Shown: positions 1 through 11,846, counted from the first letter of the stretch. The stretch: 64,000 nucleotides of DNA from an uncultured Gammaproteobacteria bacterium (GCA_965368785.1 CBDUOG010000004.1:3550-67549), one strand, 5' to 3'. A program made the numbers and translations. The notes: generated by a model from the letters alone, not told the origin.

Positions 1-1747
<1,747 letters not shown>

Positions 1748-1809
1748 AAACGGCGATCAGACAAAGGGAGCCTATTCTATCCCGAGCTGGCCACCGAAGC
1801 CGGATATTC

Positions 1810-2418
1810 TCAAAGCCAGCCGCGTTGCCTTGCCTCGCGCCATGCCTCAATCCGATTACTCGCGCCGAGCTTGCCAATGGCCTCCGACAGATAGTTGCGT
1901 ACGGTACCGGCAGATAAATGCAGTTGCTCGGCAATCTCCGATGAGCTTTTACCTTCTCCGGCCAATCGTAAAACCGCCCGCTCGCGCTCAGTTAGCGGAT
2001 CCGCCTGTTCGCGCCATGCATCCACGGCCAATTCCGGCGCGACCGCGCGCCCACCTGCGTGCACCTCACGCAAAGCCTGAGCCAGCTTTTCTGAAGGCGA
2101 GTCTTTCAATAGATAACCGCGCACACCGGCATCCAGAGCCCGGCGCAGATAACCGGCGCGGGCAAATGTCGTCACAATGACCACGCGAGTGGGCAAATCT
2201 GCTTGTTGCACGCGGCTGGCCAACTCCAGACCGGTGACGTGCGGCATCTCGATGTCGGTGACTAATAAGTCAGGCTTGAGTCGCTGAACCGATTCCCAGG
2301 CGCTCTGCCCATCTTCACACTCGGCGCTTATTTGAAAATCACCTTCTAGCCGCAGTAACGCTGAGAGCGCCCCCCGCACCATTGCTTGGTCTTCGGCAAG
2401 AACCAGACTAATCATCAC
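1810..2418 (-). CDS. NarL/DesR-family response regulator (REC + LuxR HTH)
   Basis: LAEDQAMVRGAL, DIEMP phospho-acceptor, GYLLKD, and C-terminal LTERE..LS.GTVRNY HTH. Confidence 0.93.
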   Translation of the reverse strand: MMISLVLAEDQAMVRGALSALLRLEGDFQISAECEDGQSAWESVQRLKPDLLVTDIEMPHVTGLELASRVQQADLPTRVVIVTTFARAGYLRRALDAGVRGYLLKDSPSEKLAQALREVHAGGRAVAPELAVDAWREQADPLTERERAVLRLAGEGKSSSEIAEQLHLSAGTVRNYLSEAIGKLGASNRIEAWREARQRGWL

Positions 2419-3527
2419 CGCCCCCCATGTGCCGCCGGCAACTTAATGTAGATATGACAGCCCGCTCCGGGACTGGATTGAATATCAAGCTCGCCACCTA
2501 CTTCCGCGATTCGTTCACGCATCCCGGTCAAGCCATTGCCAAAGACCAATGCCGCGCCCTGACCATTATCGCTAATAGACAACATTAATCGATCGGCCGA
2601 CTGCCGGAGCTCAATATCAACCCGGCTCGCCCTGGCATGACGAATGATATTGGTCACCGCTTCACGCACCACAATCGCCAACATCGTTTCCTGCTTTCCG
2701 CTGAGCTCAGTGATTGCCGAGGTTTTTACGTCCAATGAAACGCCGGCACTGAGCAAATTCAAGCGCGCATTGGCTAACTCACTTTGTAACTGTAGCGCCC
2801 GAATTCCCGATACCGCCTCGCGCACCTGGGTCAGCGAGCTGCGCGCAATCTCTTCGATTTCTCCGACTTGCTGGCGTGCAGCGACCAAATCGCGGTCAAT
2901 CATTTTTCCGGCGAGCTCACTTTTCAAAGCAATTAGCGAAAGCGTATGTCCGAGCAGGTCATGCAAGTCCCGACCGATTCGCTCGCGCTCAGTCATTCGC
3001 TCAAGCCGGCGCACTTCATCCTGAGTCAATCTAAGCTCCATATTCTTGCGCAACTCGCGGCGAGCAAAGATTCCGCCAATCAGAAGGCCCGAACCGAGCA
3101 GGGCGACGATCATCCAGAACGCGAAATACATATCCAGCCAAAAAAGCTGTAACCCGTAAACCGCCAATAGACCGGCGCCAGCGATTATGGCGCGCCGGGC
3201 GGGCTGGCTGTGCCCGAGAGTGGCCATTGCGTAAATCAGAAATGTATTACCGCCGTAACTTTTCAGGGTCAGGGCAAAGCCAATGACTGCCATCAACAAG
3301 GCGAGAACTAAAGCAACCCGCTCGCCTGATACATAGCTTTGCCAATAGATCGGCAGGAAAACTACAACAGCGGCGAACGTCCACCACCAAGCGCTGACGT
3401 CGAATCGTGGATCGAATACCAGCGGCGCAAACGCAAATAGCAGGTAAACCAGGTTAATCCGGCGCCAAAGCCCCATGGACGCCTGCTCCCCGGCGGCCGT
3501 GTAAGAAATTTCTACTGAATTATGCAA
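2415..3527 (-). CDS. DesK-like membrane sensor histidine kinase (HisKA_3); start may be the ATG at 3476
   Basis: About 5 TM segments, ERERIGRDLHDLLGH H-box, EAVTNIIRHA, DNGQG, GNGLTGMRER; 4-bp overlap with the regulator. Confidence 0.92.
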   Translation of the reverse strand: MHNSVEISYTAAGEQASMGLWRRINLVYLLFAFAPLVFDPRFDVSAWWWTFAAVVVFLPIYWQSYVSGERVALVLALLMAVIGFALTLKSYGGNTFLIYAMATLGHSQPARRAIIAGAGLLAVYGLQLFWLDMYFAFWMIVALLGSGLLIGGIFARRELRKNMELRLTQDEVRRLERMTERERIGRDLHDLLGHTLSLIALKSELAGKMIDRDLVAARQQVGEIEEIARSSLTQVREAVSGIRALQLQSELANARLNLLSAGVSLDVKTSAITELSGKQETMLAIVVREAVTNIIRHARASRVDIELRQSADRLMLSISDNGQGAALVFGNGLTGMRERIAEVGGELDIQSSPGAGCHIYIKLPAAHGGR

Positions 3528-3629
3528 TCTCTACCTCTTCATCAGAATGGGCCCGGAGCATGACTGAAGCAGGCTCCAGTCTGTCGCAATAGCTGGTGAG
3601 AACCGAGTGCCGCGCGTCACCCAAAATAC

Positions 3630-3643
3630 ATGACAGACATCAC
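3630..3643. promoter_or_regulatory. Possible DesR-type operator (imperfect ATGACA-N2-TGTCAT)
   Basis: ATGACA-GA-CATCAC at 3630-3643; further half-sites ATGACT (3560) and GTCAC (3616) lie upstream of the kinase. Confidence 0.4.
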
Positions 3644-3760
3644 TGGCACGGGGTTCACGCCGCAACATCGCAGTGATAATATGCCTAAGTTACTCATTTT
3701 CAAAAGAAACAACGCGCGCGCAAAAGCGCACGCGGGGTTCTTTTCTTTTCCGGAGGTTGC

Positions 3761-5260
3761 ATGAAATTGATTCAAAAGCTCGCGCCCTTGCGCGGCCACG
3801 GCGGCGATCGTTTAACAGTGGGACTGGACGATCAAACCGTCGAGCGCTTTGCCGCGACTCATCCGGAATTGGTCACTGCGATGGAATCGGCGCTCGATGT
3901 TTACGAGTCGATTAAAATTGAGTTCGCCGATGTCCTCGACCTCAATGAGTCAGAGCAGGTAGCGATTGCGCAAAGCGGCTTCGTGAATTTTTACCCGGAT
4001 GACGCGGTGAATCCTTACATCGCTTTAGCTGCCCGCGGCCCGTGGATTATTACCCTCAAAGGCGCTGTGCTGCACGACTCCGGCGGTTACGGCATGCTTG
4101 GATTCGGTCACACCCCTGACAAAGTTCTGGAAGCGATGGCCAAACCGCAGGCAATGGCCAATATCATGACCCCGAGCCTGAGCCATTTACGCCTGGTGCG
4201 CGCATTACGCCGGGAAATTGGTCACACCCGTGGCAACTGTCCGTATCACAAGTTTCTAGCACTGAACTCAGGCTCTGAGTCCGTGTCGTTAGCCGGCCGC
4301 ATTGCGGATGTGAATACTCGAATTCATACCGATGCCGGCGGCCGTCATGCGGGTAAAAAAGTAAAACGCTTAGCGGTTAAAGGCGCGTTTCACGGTCGTA
4401 CCGAACTGCCGGCCTTGTATTCGGACTCTTCGCGCAAAGCCTATATGACCCACCTGGCAAGTTATCCGCATCATGCCGATCAACTCATCACCATTGAGCC
4501 GTACTCCATTGAGGCGGTGCGCAAGGCTTTCGCAGATGCAGATGCCAACGGCTGGTATTTTGAGGCGATGTTCATCGAACCGGTGATGGGCGAAGGCGAC
4601 CCGGGCCGTGCATTGCCGGTCGAGTTCTATGCTGAAGCGCGCCGCCTGACCAAAGAGCACGGCACCTTATTGCTGATTGACTCCATTCAAGCCGGCCTTC
4701 GTGCCCATGGTGTGTTGTCCATCGTTGACTATCCGGGCTTTGAAGGCCAGGAAGCACCTGATATGGAAACCTACTCCAAAGCACTCAACGCCGGGCAGTT
4801 CCCGCTGTCGATTCTTGCCACCACGGAACACGCCGCAGGCCTTTACCGAAAAGGCATCTATGGCAACACCATGACCGCCAACCCGCGGGCGATGGACGTG
4901 GCTTCAACGGTTCTATCGCAACTGACCGCAGGACTTCGTAACAATATCCGTGATCGTGGCCAGGAGTTCCTCGACAAGCTCAATACACTCAAGTCTGAGA
5001 TGCCCGGCTCGATCACCAAGGTTCAGGGAACCGGCTTGCTATTCAGCTGCGAGCTCGGCGCTGATTTTAAATGCTTCGGTACCGGATCAACTGAAGAATA
5101 TATGCGCCAACACGGACTGGGCGTTATCCACGGCGGCGTAAATTCACTGCGATTCACGCCGAACTTCAACATCACCAGCGCCGAAGTTGATTTGATTATT
5201 AATCAGCTACGCAATGCATTGGCTGACGGCCCACGCCTTAGCAAAGACCAGGCCGCGTAA
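3761..5260 (+). CDS. lat: Class III aminotransferase, L-lysine 6-aminotransferase type
   Basis: GGYGMLGFGH, LNSGSESV, FHGRT, EPVMGEG, DSIQAGLR and TYSKAL (PLP lysine). Closely follows the Flavobacterium lutescens Lat sequence as I recall it. Confidence 0.85.
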   Translation: MKLIQKLAPLRGHGGDRLTVGLDDQTVERFAATHPELVTAMESALDVYESIKIEFADVLDLNESEQVAIAQSGFVNFYPDDAVNPYIALAARGPWIITLKGAVLHDSGGYGMLGFGHTPDKVLEAMAKPQAMANIMTPSLSHLRLVRALRREIGHTRGNCPYHKFLALNSGSESVSLAGRIADVNTRIHTDAGGRHAGKKVKRLAVKGAFHGRTELPALYSDSSRKAYMTHLASYPHHADQLITIEPYSIEAVRKAFADADANGWYFEAMFIEPVMGEGDPGRALPVEFYAEARRLTKEHGTLLLIDSIQAGLRAHGVLSIVDYPGFEGQEAPDMETYSKALNAGQFPLSILATTEHAAGLYRKGIYGNTMTANPRAMDVASTVLSQLTAGLRNNIRDRGQEFLDKLNTLKSEMPGSITKVQGTGLLFSCELGADFKCFGTGSTEEYMRQHGLGVIHGGVNSLRFTPNFNITSAEVDLIINQLRNALADGPRLSKDQAA

Positions 5261-5276
5261 TCTGCAATTCAGCGCA

Positions 5277-5312
5277 AAACAAAAAACCCGCCAACTGGCG
5301 GGTTTTTTGTTT
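5277..5312. terminator. Bidirectional intrinsic terminator between lat and pilZ
   Basis: aaaacaaaaaacccgcc-aact-ggcgggttttttgttt. Confidence 0.9.
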
Positions 5313-5328
5313 GCACTTTCATTGTCGA

Positions 5329-5685
5329 TCACATCGTATGAGTGGATTTATCCGAGTCGAGCGTACCGGCTAGACTGGTCTCGATCTTGCTCTTGACCGT
5401 ATCCGCCTCCGGCGTTTCCGAAAACTGCACGCCGATGCCGGCAGTGCGATTGCCTTGAGCTCCCTGAGGAGTGATCCAGATCACTTTACCGGCTACCGGC
5501 AAGCGATCTTTGTCTTCCATCAACGTGAGCAACAAAAACACTTCGTCGCCCAGTGAATATTTTTTGGTGGTTGGCACAAAAATGCCGCCACCCTTTACGA
5601 AGGGAATATAAGCGCTGTATAGCGCCGCCTTATCTTTGATGGCTAAGGACAAAATGCCCTGTCTTGCGCCTGCAGGACCTACCAT
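5329..5685 (-). CDS. pilZ: Type IV pilus PilZ protein (PA2960/XAC1133 type)
   Basis: LYSAYIPFVKGGGIFVPT..LGDEVFLLL..GKVIWITP..GIGVQF..STHTM; follows holB. Confidence 0.95.
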   Translation of the reverse strand: MVGPAGARQGILSLAIKDKAALYSAYIPFVKGGGIFVPTTKKYSLGDEVFLLLTLMEDKDRLPVAGKVIWITPQGAQGNRTAGIGVQFSETPEADTVKSKIETSLAGTLDSDKSTHTM

Positions 5686-6674
5686 TAGTTCACCCTCGTT
5701 TGTGTTTTGCTCATTGAGCGCCAGTTTGCCAGCAGTCCAGACAAAATCAAATCATGTCTGAGCGGTACAGGCAACTGTGCGCGCAAAAGGTTGATCTCGT
5801 CAAACCATTGCGCCATTGCCGGAATTTCTGCCTGACTCTTTAACGCCTCGCCGGCCACGCCTTCGGTTAAGCGCGATTTTATCGTCAGGCTAACCAGATC
5901 AGCGGCAAATCGCAGCCTTTGCGCGGTCTGCTCATCGCCCAGCCAAACCTTGGCGACTTCACTTCCGGCTAGCTTGCCTGAAGCCAATTGGTCCATATCC
6001 TTTCGCACCTGCTTCAATGTGCTGAGCCCATCGTTACTGATTAAATCAAAGGCCAAACCCGGATTACCCCGCGCCGCGACCAATGCTTCATTCGCCTGTG
6101 CCTGTGGAACTTTTAGGCCCAGTAACCAATCCAGCGACTCTTCATTGCCCGGCAGGCGAACGGCCACCTTCTGACAACGGCTGCGAATGGTTGCCGGCAA
6201 CTTACCCGGCTCATCACTAACCAAAATAATAAAACGGGCCTCAGAGGGTTCTTCCAGCGTTTTTAATAGTGCGTTGGCCGCTGCCGTATTCATCGCCTCA
6301 GCCGGCTCAATAATTGCTATCTGCGCACCCAATTGCTGCGTGGTCATCGAGAACGTGCGCGAAAGATCACGGATCTGATCGACCACAATCATCGAGCTCA
6401 GCTTGCCCGTTCGCTCGTTCACCATAAAACTCAAATGAGAGAAATCCGGGTGACTGCCTGCGGCCATCCATTGGCACGACTTACATTGTCCGCACGCAAA
6501 CTTCGCAGACGCCTTCGAGCACAACAGGCGTGTGGCCAACGCCAGAGCCAGGGCACGCTTTCCTAGCTGCGAGTCACCGTGAATTAAAAGCGCATGGGCC
6601 AGACGTGATTGTTCGTATGCAGTAATCTGCGCCTGCAAGATGCGCTGCAACCAGGGTTGCTCCAGCTTAATCAT
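5685..6674 (-). CDS. holB: DNA polymerase III delta' subunit
   Basis: CGQCKSC zinc motif, [21 protein letters not shown]. Start placed at 6674 because of the ATGA overlap with tmk. Confidence 0.95.
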   Translation of the reverse strand: MIKLEQPWLQRILQAQITAYEQSRLAHALLIHGDSQLGKRALALALATRLLCSKASAKFACGQCKSCQWMAAGSHPDFSHLSFMVNERTGKLSSMIVVDQIRDLSRTFSMTTQQLGAQIAIIEPAEAMNTAAANALLKTLEEPSEARFIILVSDEPGKLPATIRSRCQKVAVRLPGNEESLDWLLGLKVPQAQANEALVAARGNPGLAFDLISNDGLSTLKQVRKDMDQLASGKLAGSEVAKVWLGDEQTAQRLRFAADLVSLTIKSRLTEGVAGEALKSQAEIPAMAQWFDEINLLRAQLPVPLRHDLILSGLLANWRSMSKTQTRVN

Positions 6675-7294
6675 CTTTGTCGTAACCATTGGTGCAGCGC
6701 GCTGGTTACATCGTCTGCAACCCGCTGTGCATCCTGAGTCGCATCAATAAGCACAATCCGATCCGGCTCGTGTGCGGCGCGCTGTCGATAGACTGAACGG
6801 ACTCGCTCAAAAAATTCAGCCTGTTCCTGCTCAATTCGATCCAACTCAACTCCGCGACTGCGCGCGCGCGCCAAGCCCGTATCTACATCGACGTCTAAAT
6901 AAAAAGTCAGATCCGGCCGGATACCTGCAAACTGTCGCTCCATCTCAGCAACCAAGCCCATTTCCACACCACGCCCGCCGCCTTGATAAGCAAAGCTGGC
7001 ATCGGTAAACCGGTCGGATATGACACAGGCGCCACGGGTCAGCGCCGGCTTTATCAACTCGCTAACGAGCTGCTGACGCGATGCAAACATTAAAAGCAGC
7101 TCCGTTTTTGCATTCAAACTAAACTGCGGATCCAACAAGAGTTTTCTGATCGACTCACCGACGGTTGTACCACCCGGCTCGCGGGTTTGCACTACTTCGA
7201 AACCCAGCGCTTCGAGTAAATTACGAATCGCGACAGCCACCGTGGACTTACCGGCACCCTCACCACCCTCAATGCTGATAAATATCCCGCTCAC
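6671..7294 (-). CDS. tmk: Thymidylate kinase
   Basis: IEGGEGAGKST P-loop, TREPGG, DRFTDASFAYQG. Confidence 0.98.
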   Translation of the reverse strand: MSGIFISIEGGEGAGKSTVAVAIRNLLEALGFEVVQTREPGGTTVGESIRKLLLDPQFSLNAKTELLLMFASRQQLVSELIKPALTRGACVISDRFTDASFAYQGGGRGVEMGLVAEMERQFAGIRPDLTFYLDVDVDTGLARARSRGVELDRIEQEQAEFFERVRSVYRQRAAHEPDRIVLIDATQDAQRVADDVTSALHQWLRQR

Positions 7295-8325
7295 TTCGCT
7301 CTGCGCCTTTTCTGATACACATCTACCGCCGCATTATGCTCACGCAAAGTGGCTGAAAACACATGGCTACCATCGCCGCGTGCAACGAAAAACAATTCGT
7401 CACCATCCGCCGGATTGGCCGCCGCCATTAATGCAGCTCTGCCCGGCATTGCGATTGGCCCGGGTGGCAACCCGAAGCGTGTATAGGTGTTGTATGGCGT
7501 ATCTGTGAGTAAGTCTTTCTTGCGTATATTCCCCTTATAGGCATCACCCATACCGTAAATTACGGTGGGGTCGGTCTGAAGCTTCATGCCCAGCTCCAGA
7601 CGCCGACTGAATACACCGGCGATCATCGGTCGCTCATCAGGCTGACCGGTTTCCCGTTCGATAATGGAAGCCAGCGTCAGCAGTTCCTCGGGCGACTCGA
7701 TCGGAATACCCTCGCGCCGACTGTTCCAGGCCGTCTCCAGGGCTGCGTCCATGGATAACATCGCACGCTTGAGCAGATCTAAGTCCGTCGTTCCACCGGT
7801 GAAGTGATAGGTCTCCGGTAAAAAACGGCCTTCCGGATGTACGCCATCGCGACCCAATGCGGTCATCACTTGTGCGTCGCTCATATCGTCAATCTGGTGG
7901 ACTAATTCAGTATTGGCACGCAGTGCGGCACGCAGTTGAATATAACTCCAGCCTTCTACAAGAGTGAATTTGTATTGAATTACCTTTCCTTCGTGCAGCT
8001 TCAGTAGCAAAAGCCGCGGAGTTAGTCCGTTACCAATCGTGTAGTCCCCTACTTGCAGTTTCGAACTGACTCCCATCTCCCGCGCCAGCAGCTTCCACTC
8101 AAGATCGTGACCCTGGGCAACGCCCAGAGTGCGCAGCTCAGCCAGAACGTGGCTGAACGCATCACCACTGCGCACCGAAAGCACGCGCTCCGACTCGGCA
8201 ATCGCAATGGGTGCGTCGGCGAACTGCTGATAGCGATGATACAAATAAGCGCTGCTCAATAACGCCGCCAACAGCGTCAGCCATATCAGCCATTGCGATC
8301 CTGATTTTTTCTTTCTCTTTGCCAA
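7291..8325 (-). CDS. mltG: Endolytic transglycosylase MltG (YceG)
   Basis: N-terminal TM, LASIIERE, LQTDPTV, YNTY..GLPPGPI. Confidence 0.97.
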   Translation of the reverse strand: MAKRKKKSGSQWLIWLTLLAALLSSAYLYHRYQQFADAPIAIAESERVLSVRSGDAFSHVLAELRTLGVAQGHDLEWKLLAREMGVSSKLQVGDYTIGNGLTPRLLLLKLHEGKVIQYKFTLVEGWSYIQLRAALRANTELVHQIDDMSDAQVMTALGRDGVHPEGRFLPETYHFTGGTTDLDLLKRAMLSMDAALETAWNSRREGIPIESPEELLTLASIIERETGQPDERPMIAGVFSRRLELGMKLQTDPTVIYGMGDAYKGNIRKKDLLTDTPYNTYTRFGLPPGPIAMPGRAALMAAANPADGDELFFVARGDGSHVFSATLREHNAAVDVYQKRRRAK

Positions 8326-8333
8326 GACAACCT

Positions 8334-9143
8334 CTACTTCGAAAACATCGGATTTGCCGATTCAAACTGAGCAATCAATTTATCCAACAACGGCGAACTC
8401 TGAAAGCGAGTATCGGCGATTCGTGCAACCGGCAGGATACCCCGCGCAGCGTTACAAAGAAAAACAGATCGACTGCCCAATAGCTCGGAAACCGCTACTG
8501 ACGCACATTCAGCGATCAGTGATTGATCCAATAACCATCCACGGCACACACCGGCAATACCGGCCCCCACAATCCGCGGCGTATACCAGCGACCCTGTTG
8601 TTCAAAAACCACGTTGGCTGCTGTTGCGCAAACAACTGAACCGGAATGGTCACGGCAGATGCCTTCGTCGGCGGCCTGCCGCTGAACTTCCTGGCGCAAC
8701 AGCACCTGTTCTAAGCGATTTAAGTGTTTGATTCCGGCTAAAGCCGGAACATGGCCAAGAAATTGTTTGCACACAACCAGATTCAGTGGCGCAGGCTGTC
8801 TGGGCGGCACCGGGTATAAGGCAAGGACCCAAACGCTCGGAGCATTCGGATCACTGCTGTATCCTCGGGTCGATCCGCCCCGGATCAGACTCAGCTTCAG
8901 CAGACCTTGCTCTATTCCGTGCACCATGTGCGCCAATTCAGACTTAATGGCTATCAGATGATCGGCGTTAATCTGCAGCCGTTCAGCACCCTGTTGAAGA
9001 CGCGCTAAATGCGCCGGCAACCAGGGGATTTCTCCCCGGTACACGCGCATCGTTTCAAATAATCCATCGCCATAGGCGAGACCCCGGTTGGCAGGATCAA
9101 TCTGATCAACGCGCTGATCGCCAAGAAAAATTCGTGTGGTCAT
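8334..9143 (-). CDS. pabC: Aminodeoxychorismate lyase (class IV PLP enzyme)
   Basis: RGLAYGDGLFETM, GIKHLNRLEQV, GVCR; canonical position upstream of mltG. Confidence 0.93.
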   Translation of the reverse strand: MTTRIFLGDQRVDQIDPANRGLAYGDGLFETMRVYRGEIPWLPAHLARLQQGAERLQINADHLIAIKSELAHMVHGIEQGLLKLSLIRGGSTRGYSSDPNAPSVWVLALYPVPPRQPAPLNLVVCKQFLGHVPALAGIKHLNRLEQVLLRQEVQRQAADEGICRDHSGSVVCATAANVVFEQQGRWYTPRIVGAGIAGVCRGWLLDQSLIAECASVAVSELLGSRSVFLCNAARGILPVARIADTRFQSSPLLDKLIAQFESANPMFSK

Positions 9144-10495
9144 TGCATGACTCCAATCGCACGCAACAAACCTTTCGCCTTGGCTCGCGTCTCTTGCAAC
9201 TCAAGTTCCGGTACGGAATCAATAACAATACCGGCACCCGCGCGAAACTCCAGTTTCCTGCCCTGCACACAAAAACTACGAATCAGAATATTCAGATCTA
9301 AATCGCCGTCACTATTGATATAGCCCATCGCTCCGGTATACGCCTTTCTGGGCTCGTCTTCGAGTTCGGCAATGATCTGCATACACCGATGTTTCGGGCA
9401 GCCGGTAATCGTGCCTCCGGGAAAAGTCGCAGCGATCGCCTGACCGGGAGTAATCTCGTCGCGCAGTTCAGCAGTCACATTCGAAACAATATGATGCACG
9501 TGGGCGTACGATTCAATACTCATCAGCTCATCAACGTGCACGCTGCCAGCCTTGGCCACACGACCCAGATCATTGCGCTCCAAATCGATCAACATAACGT
9601 GCTCTGCACGTTCCTTAACATGACCGATCAACTCGCTAATACGCGCTTGCTCATCGTCACCCGGAACGCGAGGTCGCGTGCCGGCAATCGGCCGGGTGTC
9701 GATGCGGCGACCGCGAACCGAAATTAAACGCTCCGGCGAAGAGCTACACACGGAGTAGTGCGCCTGAGTGAATAATCCGGAAAACGGTGCCGGATTCGCC
9801 GTTCGCAAGGCCTGATAAAGCGCGAAGGCATCAAAATCGCCCTTTAATTGAGCGCTCCACAGCCGCGATAAATTGACTTGAAATACATCGCCGGCACCTA
9901 AGTAATCCAGTATCTGATTGACGCCATCTGTAAATTGATCCGCGGGCGCCTCGGTCAACTGATCGACCTGCGCCGCTGGCCAGACTTGCTCGGTTTGGGT
10001 CTGCAGCGACTGCACGTCCTGGGCAATCGAATCGAGCAGGTCGGCATGCCCCTGTTCGGCGATGGCCAAAGTCTCGCCGGAAACGCGGTCAACCAATATC
10101 GCTGCCGGGCTTCGAAACGCAAAGGCTATGGGAAAGTCGGGATCGGTTTTCAAGCGTAAGCTGGGTTCGATCTGCGCCGCTACTTCGTAACTGAGGAACA
10201 TTCCCCAGCCTCCGCGAAACGGATAATGCTGGTCGTGCCAGGGCCGGCGCTGCTCTGCCCACTGCGTATCAAATGCGGACAAAAAACTGCCTTGGCATTC
10301 CACGCCCGATTCACGGCGGGTGATGCCGTCGCTACCGAGCTGCAAAGTCGGGCCATGATGCAGCAGAAGCATATTCCAGCGTGCACGCGGCGAGCCCTCC
10401 GCAATCGACTCAAGCAGCATCGGATACCGCTGCGCAAAGCGGCGCTGCAGGTAGAGCAAACACAGTCCTGCCGGCAGCGCGCGAATTAATGCCAT
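9140..10495 (-). CDS. pabB: Aminodeoxychorismate synthase component I
   Basis: GDVFQVNLS, SSPER, PIAGTRPR, KERAEHVMLIDLERNDLG, FPGGTITGCPK; adjacent to pabC. Confidence 0.88.
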   Translation of the reverse strand: MALIRALPAGLCLLYLQRRFAQRYPMLLESIAEGSPRARWNMLLLHHGPTLQLGSDGITRRESGVECQGSFLSAFDTQWAEQRRPWHDQHYPFRGGWGMFLSYEVAAQIEPSLRLKTDPDFPIAFAFRSPAAILVDRVSGETLAIAEQGHADLLDSIAQDVQSLQTQTEQVWPAAQVDQLTEAPADQFTDGVNQILDYLGAGDVFQVNLSRLWSAQLKGDFDAFALYQALRTANPAPFSGLFTQAHYSVCSSSPERLISVRGRRIDTRPIAGTRPRVPGDDEQARISELIGHVKERAEHVMLIDLERNDLGRVAKAGSVHVDELMSIESYAHVHHIVSNVTAELRDEITPGQAIAATFPGGTITGCPKHRCMQIIAELEDEPRKAYTGAMGYINSDGDLDLNILIRSFCVQGRKLEFRAGAGIVIDSVPELELQETRAKAKGLLRAIGVMQ

Positions 10496-10508
10496 ATTAG
10501 AAAATTAC

Positions 10509-11747
10509 TCAGACCTTCCTGAATACCAGTGAGGCATTAGTACCACCGAAACCAAAACCATTGGACAGTGTGATATTCAGCTTCGCATCGCGCGCGGTGT
10601 TCGGTACATAGTCCAAATCACAGCCCTCACTGGCCTCGGCCAGATTAATTGTCGGCGGCACAAAGTTATGGTGCATGCCCAGCAGGGTAAACACCGCTTC
10701 GACACCACCGGCCGCACCAAGCAAATGCCCAGTCATCGATTTGGTAGAACTGACCATCAACTTCGCGGCGTGTTCACCGAATGCGCGCTTAATCGCATGG
10801 GTTTCGGCCAAGTCGCCCAACGGGGTCGAAGTACCATGCGCATTTAAATAATCGACGTCCGCCATCTGCGCGCCGGCATCTTCGACCGCGAGCCGCATAC
10901 AGCGCGCCGGTCCTTCACCAGTCTCGCTCGGCGCGGTCATGTGATACGCATCGGATGTTGATCCGAATCCAGCCAGCTCGGCATAAATTTTTGCACCGCG
11001 TTTTCTAGCGTGCTCATATTCTTCCAGAATCAGAACACCGGCACCGTCACCGATGACAAATCCGTCACGATCTTTGTCCCAGGGTCGGCTCGCAGCCTGA
11101 GGATCATCATTGCGCGTTGACAAGGCGCGCATTGAATTAAAACCAGCCACAGAAGTCGGCGTGCAGCCATGTTCAGTGCCACCGGCGACCATGACATCGG
11201 CATCGCCGTATTGAATCATGCGCATCGCCATACCAATACTGTGATTAGATGAGGCGCAGGCAGAAACGCAGGCAAAATTGGGTCCCTTGATTCCCTTGAG
11301 CAGGGTCAATTGACCAGTAATCATATTGATAATGGTGCTGGGCACGTAGAACGGCGACACTTTGCGCGGGCCACCCTCATGCAAGTCGACCGCAGTGTCC
11401 TCGATTCCACGAATACCGCCGATACCTGATCCGATCAGGGCGCCGATACGCCCGGCATTGGATTCATCAATCTGCAACCCGGAGTCATCGATTGCCGCAA
11501 AAGCGGCGGCCAATCCGTAATGGATAAACGTCGCCATTTTCTTTACATCTTTGGGTGGCAGAAACGACTTTGGATCAAAGTCACGCACTTCGCCAGCAAA
11601 CTTAGTGGTGTATTCGCTGGGGTCAAAATGACTAATGGGGCCAATGCCCGACCGACCATTGCGCAGGCTATCAAGCACTGCAGCCAACGAGTTTCCGATC
11701 GGTGAGACGATACCCATACCGGTGATAACAACTCGACGCTTACTCAT
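10509..11747 (-). CDS. fabF: 3-oxoacyl-ACP synthase II
   Basis: SACAS (catalytic Cys), NAHGTST, KSMTGHLLGAAG, NGFGFGGTN. Confidence 0.98.
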   Translation of the reverse strand: MSKRRVVITGMGIVSPIGNSLAAVLDSLRNGRSGIGPISHFDPSEYTTKFAGEVRDFDPKSFLPPKDVKKMATFIHYGLAAAFAAIDDSGLQIDESNAGRIGALIGSGIGGIRGIEDTAVDLHEGGPRKVSPFYVPSTIINMITGQLTLLKGIKGPNFACVSACASSNHSIGMAMRMIQYGDADVMVAGGTEHGCTPTSVAGFNSMRALSTRNDDPQAASRPWDKDRDGFVIGDGAGVLILEEYEHARKRGAKIYAELAGFGSTSDAYHMTAPSETGEGPARCMRLAVEDAGAQMADVDYLNAHGTSTPLGDLAETHAIKRAFGEHAAKLMVSSTKSMTGHLLGAAGGVEAVFTLLGMHHNFVPPTINLAEASEGCDLDYVPNTARDAKLNITLSNGFGFGGTNASLVFRKV

Positions 11748-11790
11748 ACGATCTTCCCGAAAAGTGACAAATTTCGATTAAATCCCGCCA

Positions 11791-11822
11791 TAAAAACAGC
11801 AGGGGCCGCTCATGGCGGCCCC
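11791..11822 (-). terminator. Intrinsic terminator after acpP
   Basis: ggggccgc-N5-gcggcccc stem; on the minus strand followed by tgctgttttta. Confidence 0.65.
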
Positions 11823-11846
11823 CCAGAATTAGCGAACCGCCAATAC

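Noticed and set aside
3644-3659. Sigma54 promoter (TGGCACG) upstream of lat
   Set aside because: The -12 element reads TCAC rather than TTGC, so the invariant GC is missing.
5329-5685. PilZ as a c-di-GMP receptor paired with the GGDEF-EAL gene
   Set aside because: It lacks the RxxxR motif. It is the PA2960/XAC1133 type that does not bind c-di-GMP directly, and its position after holB is conserved.
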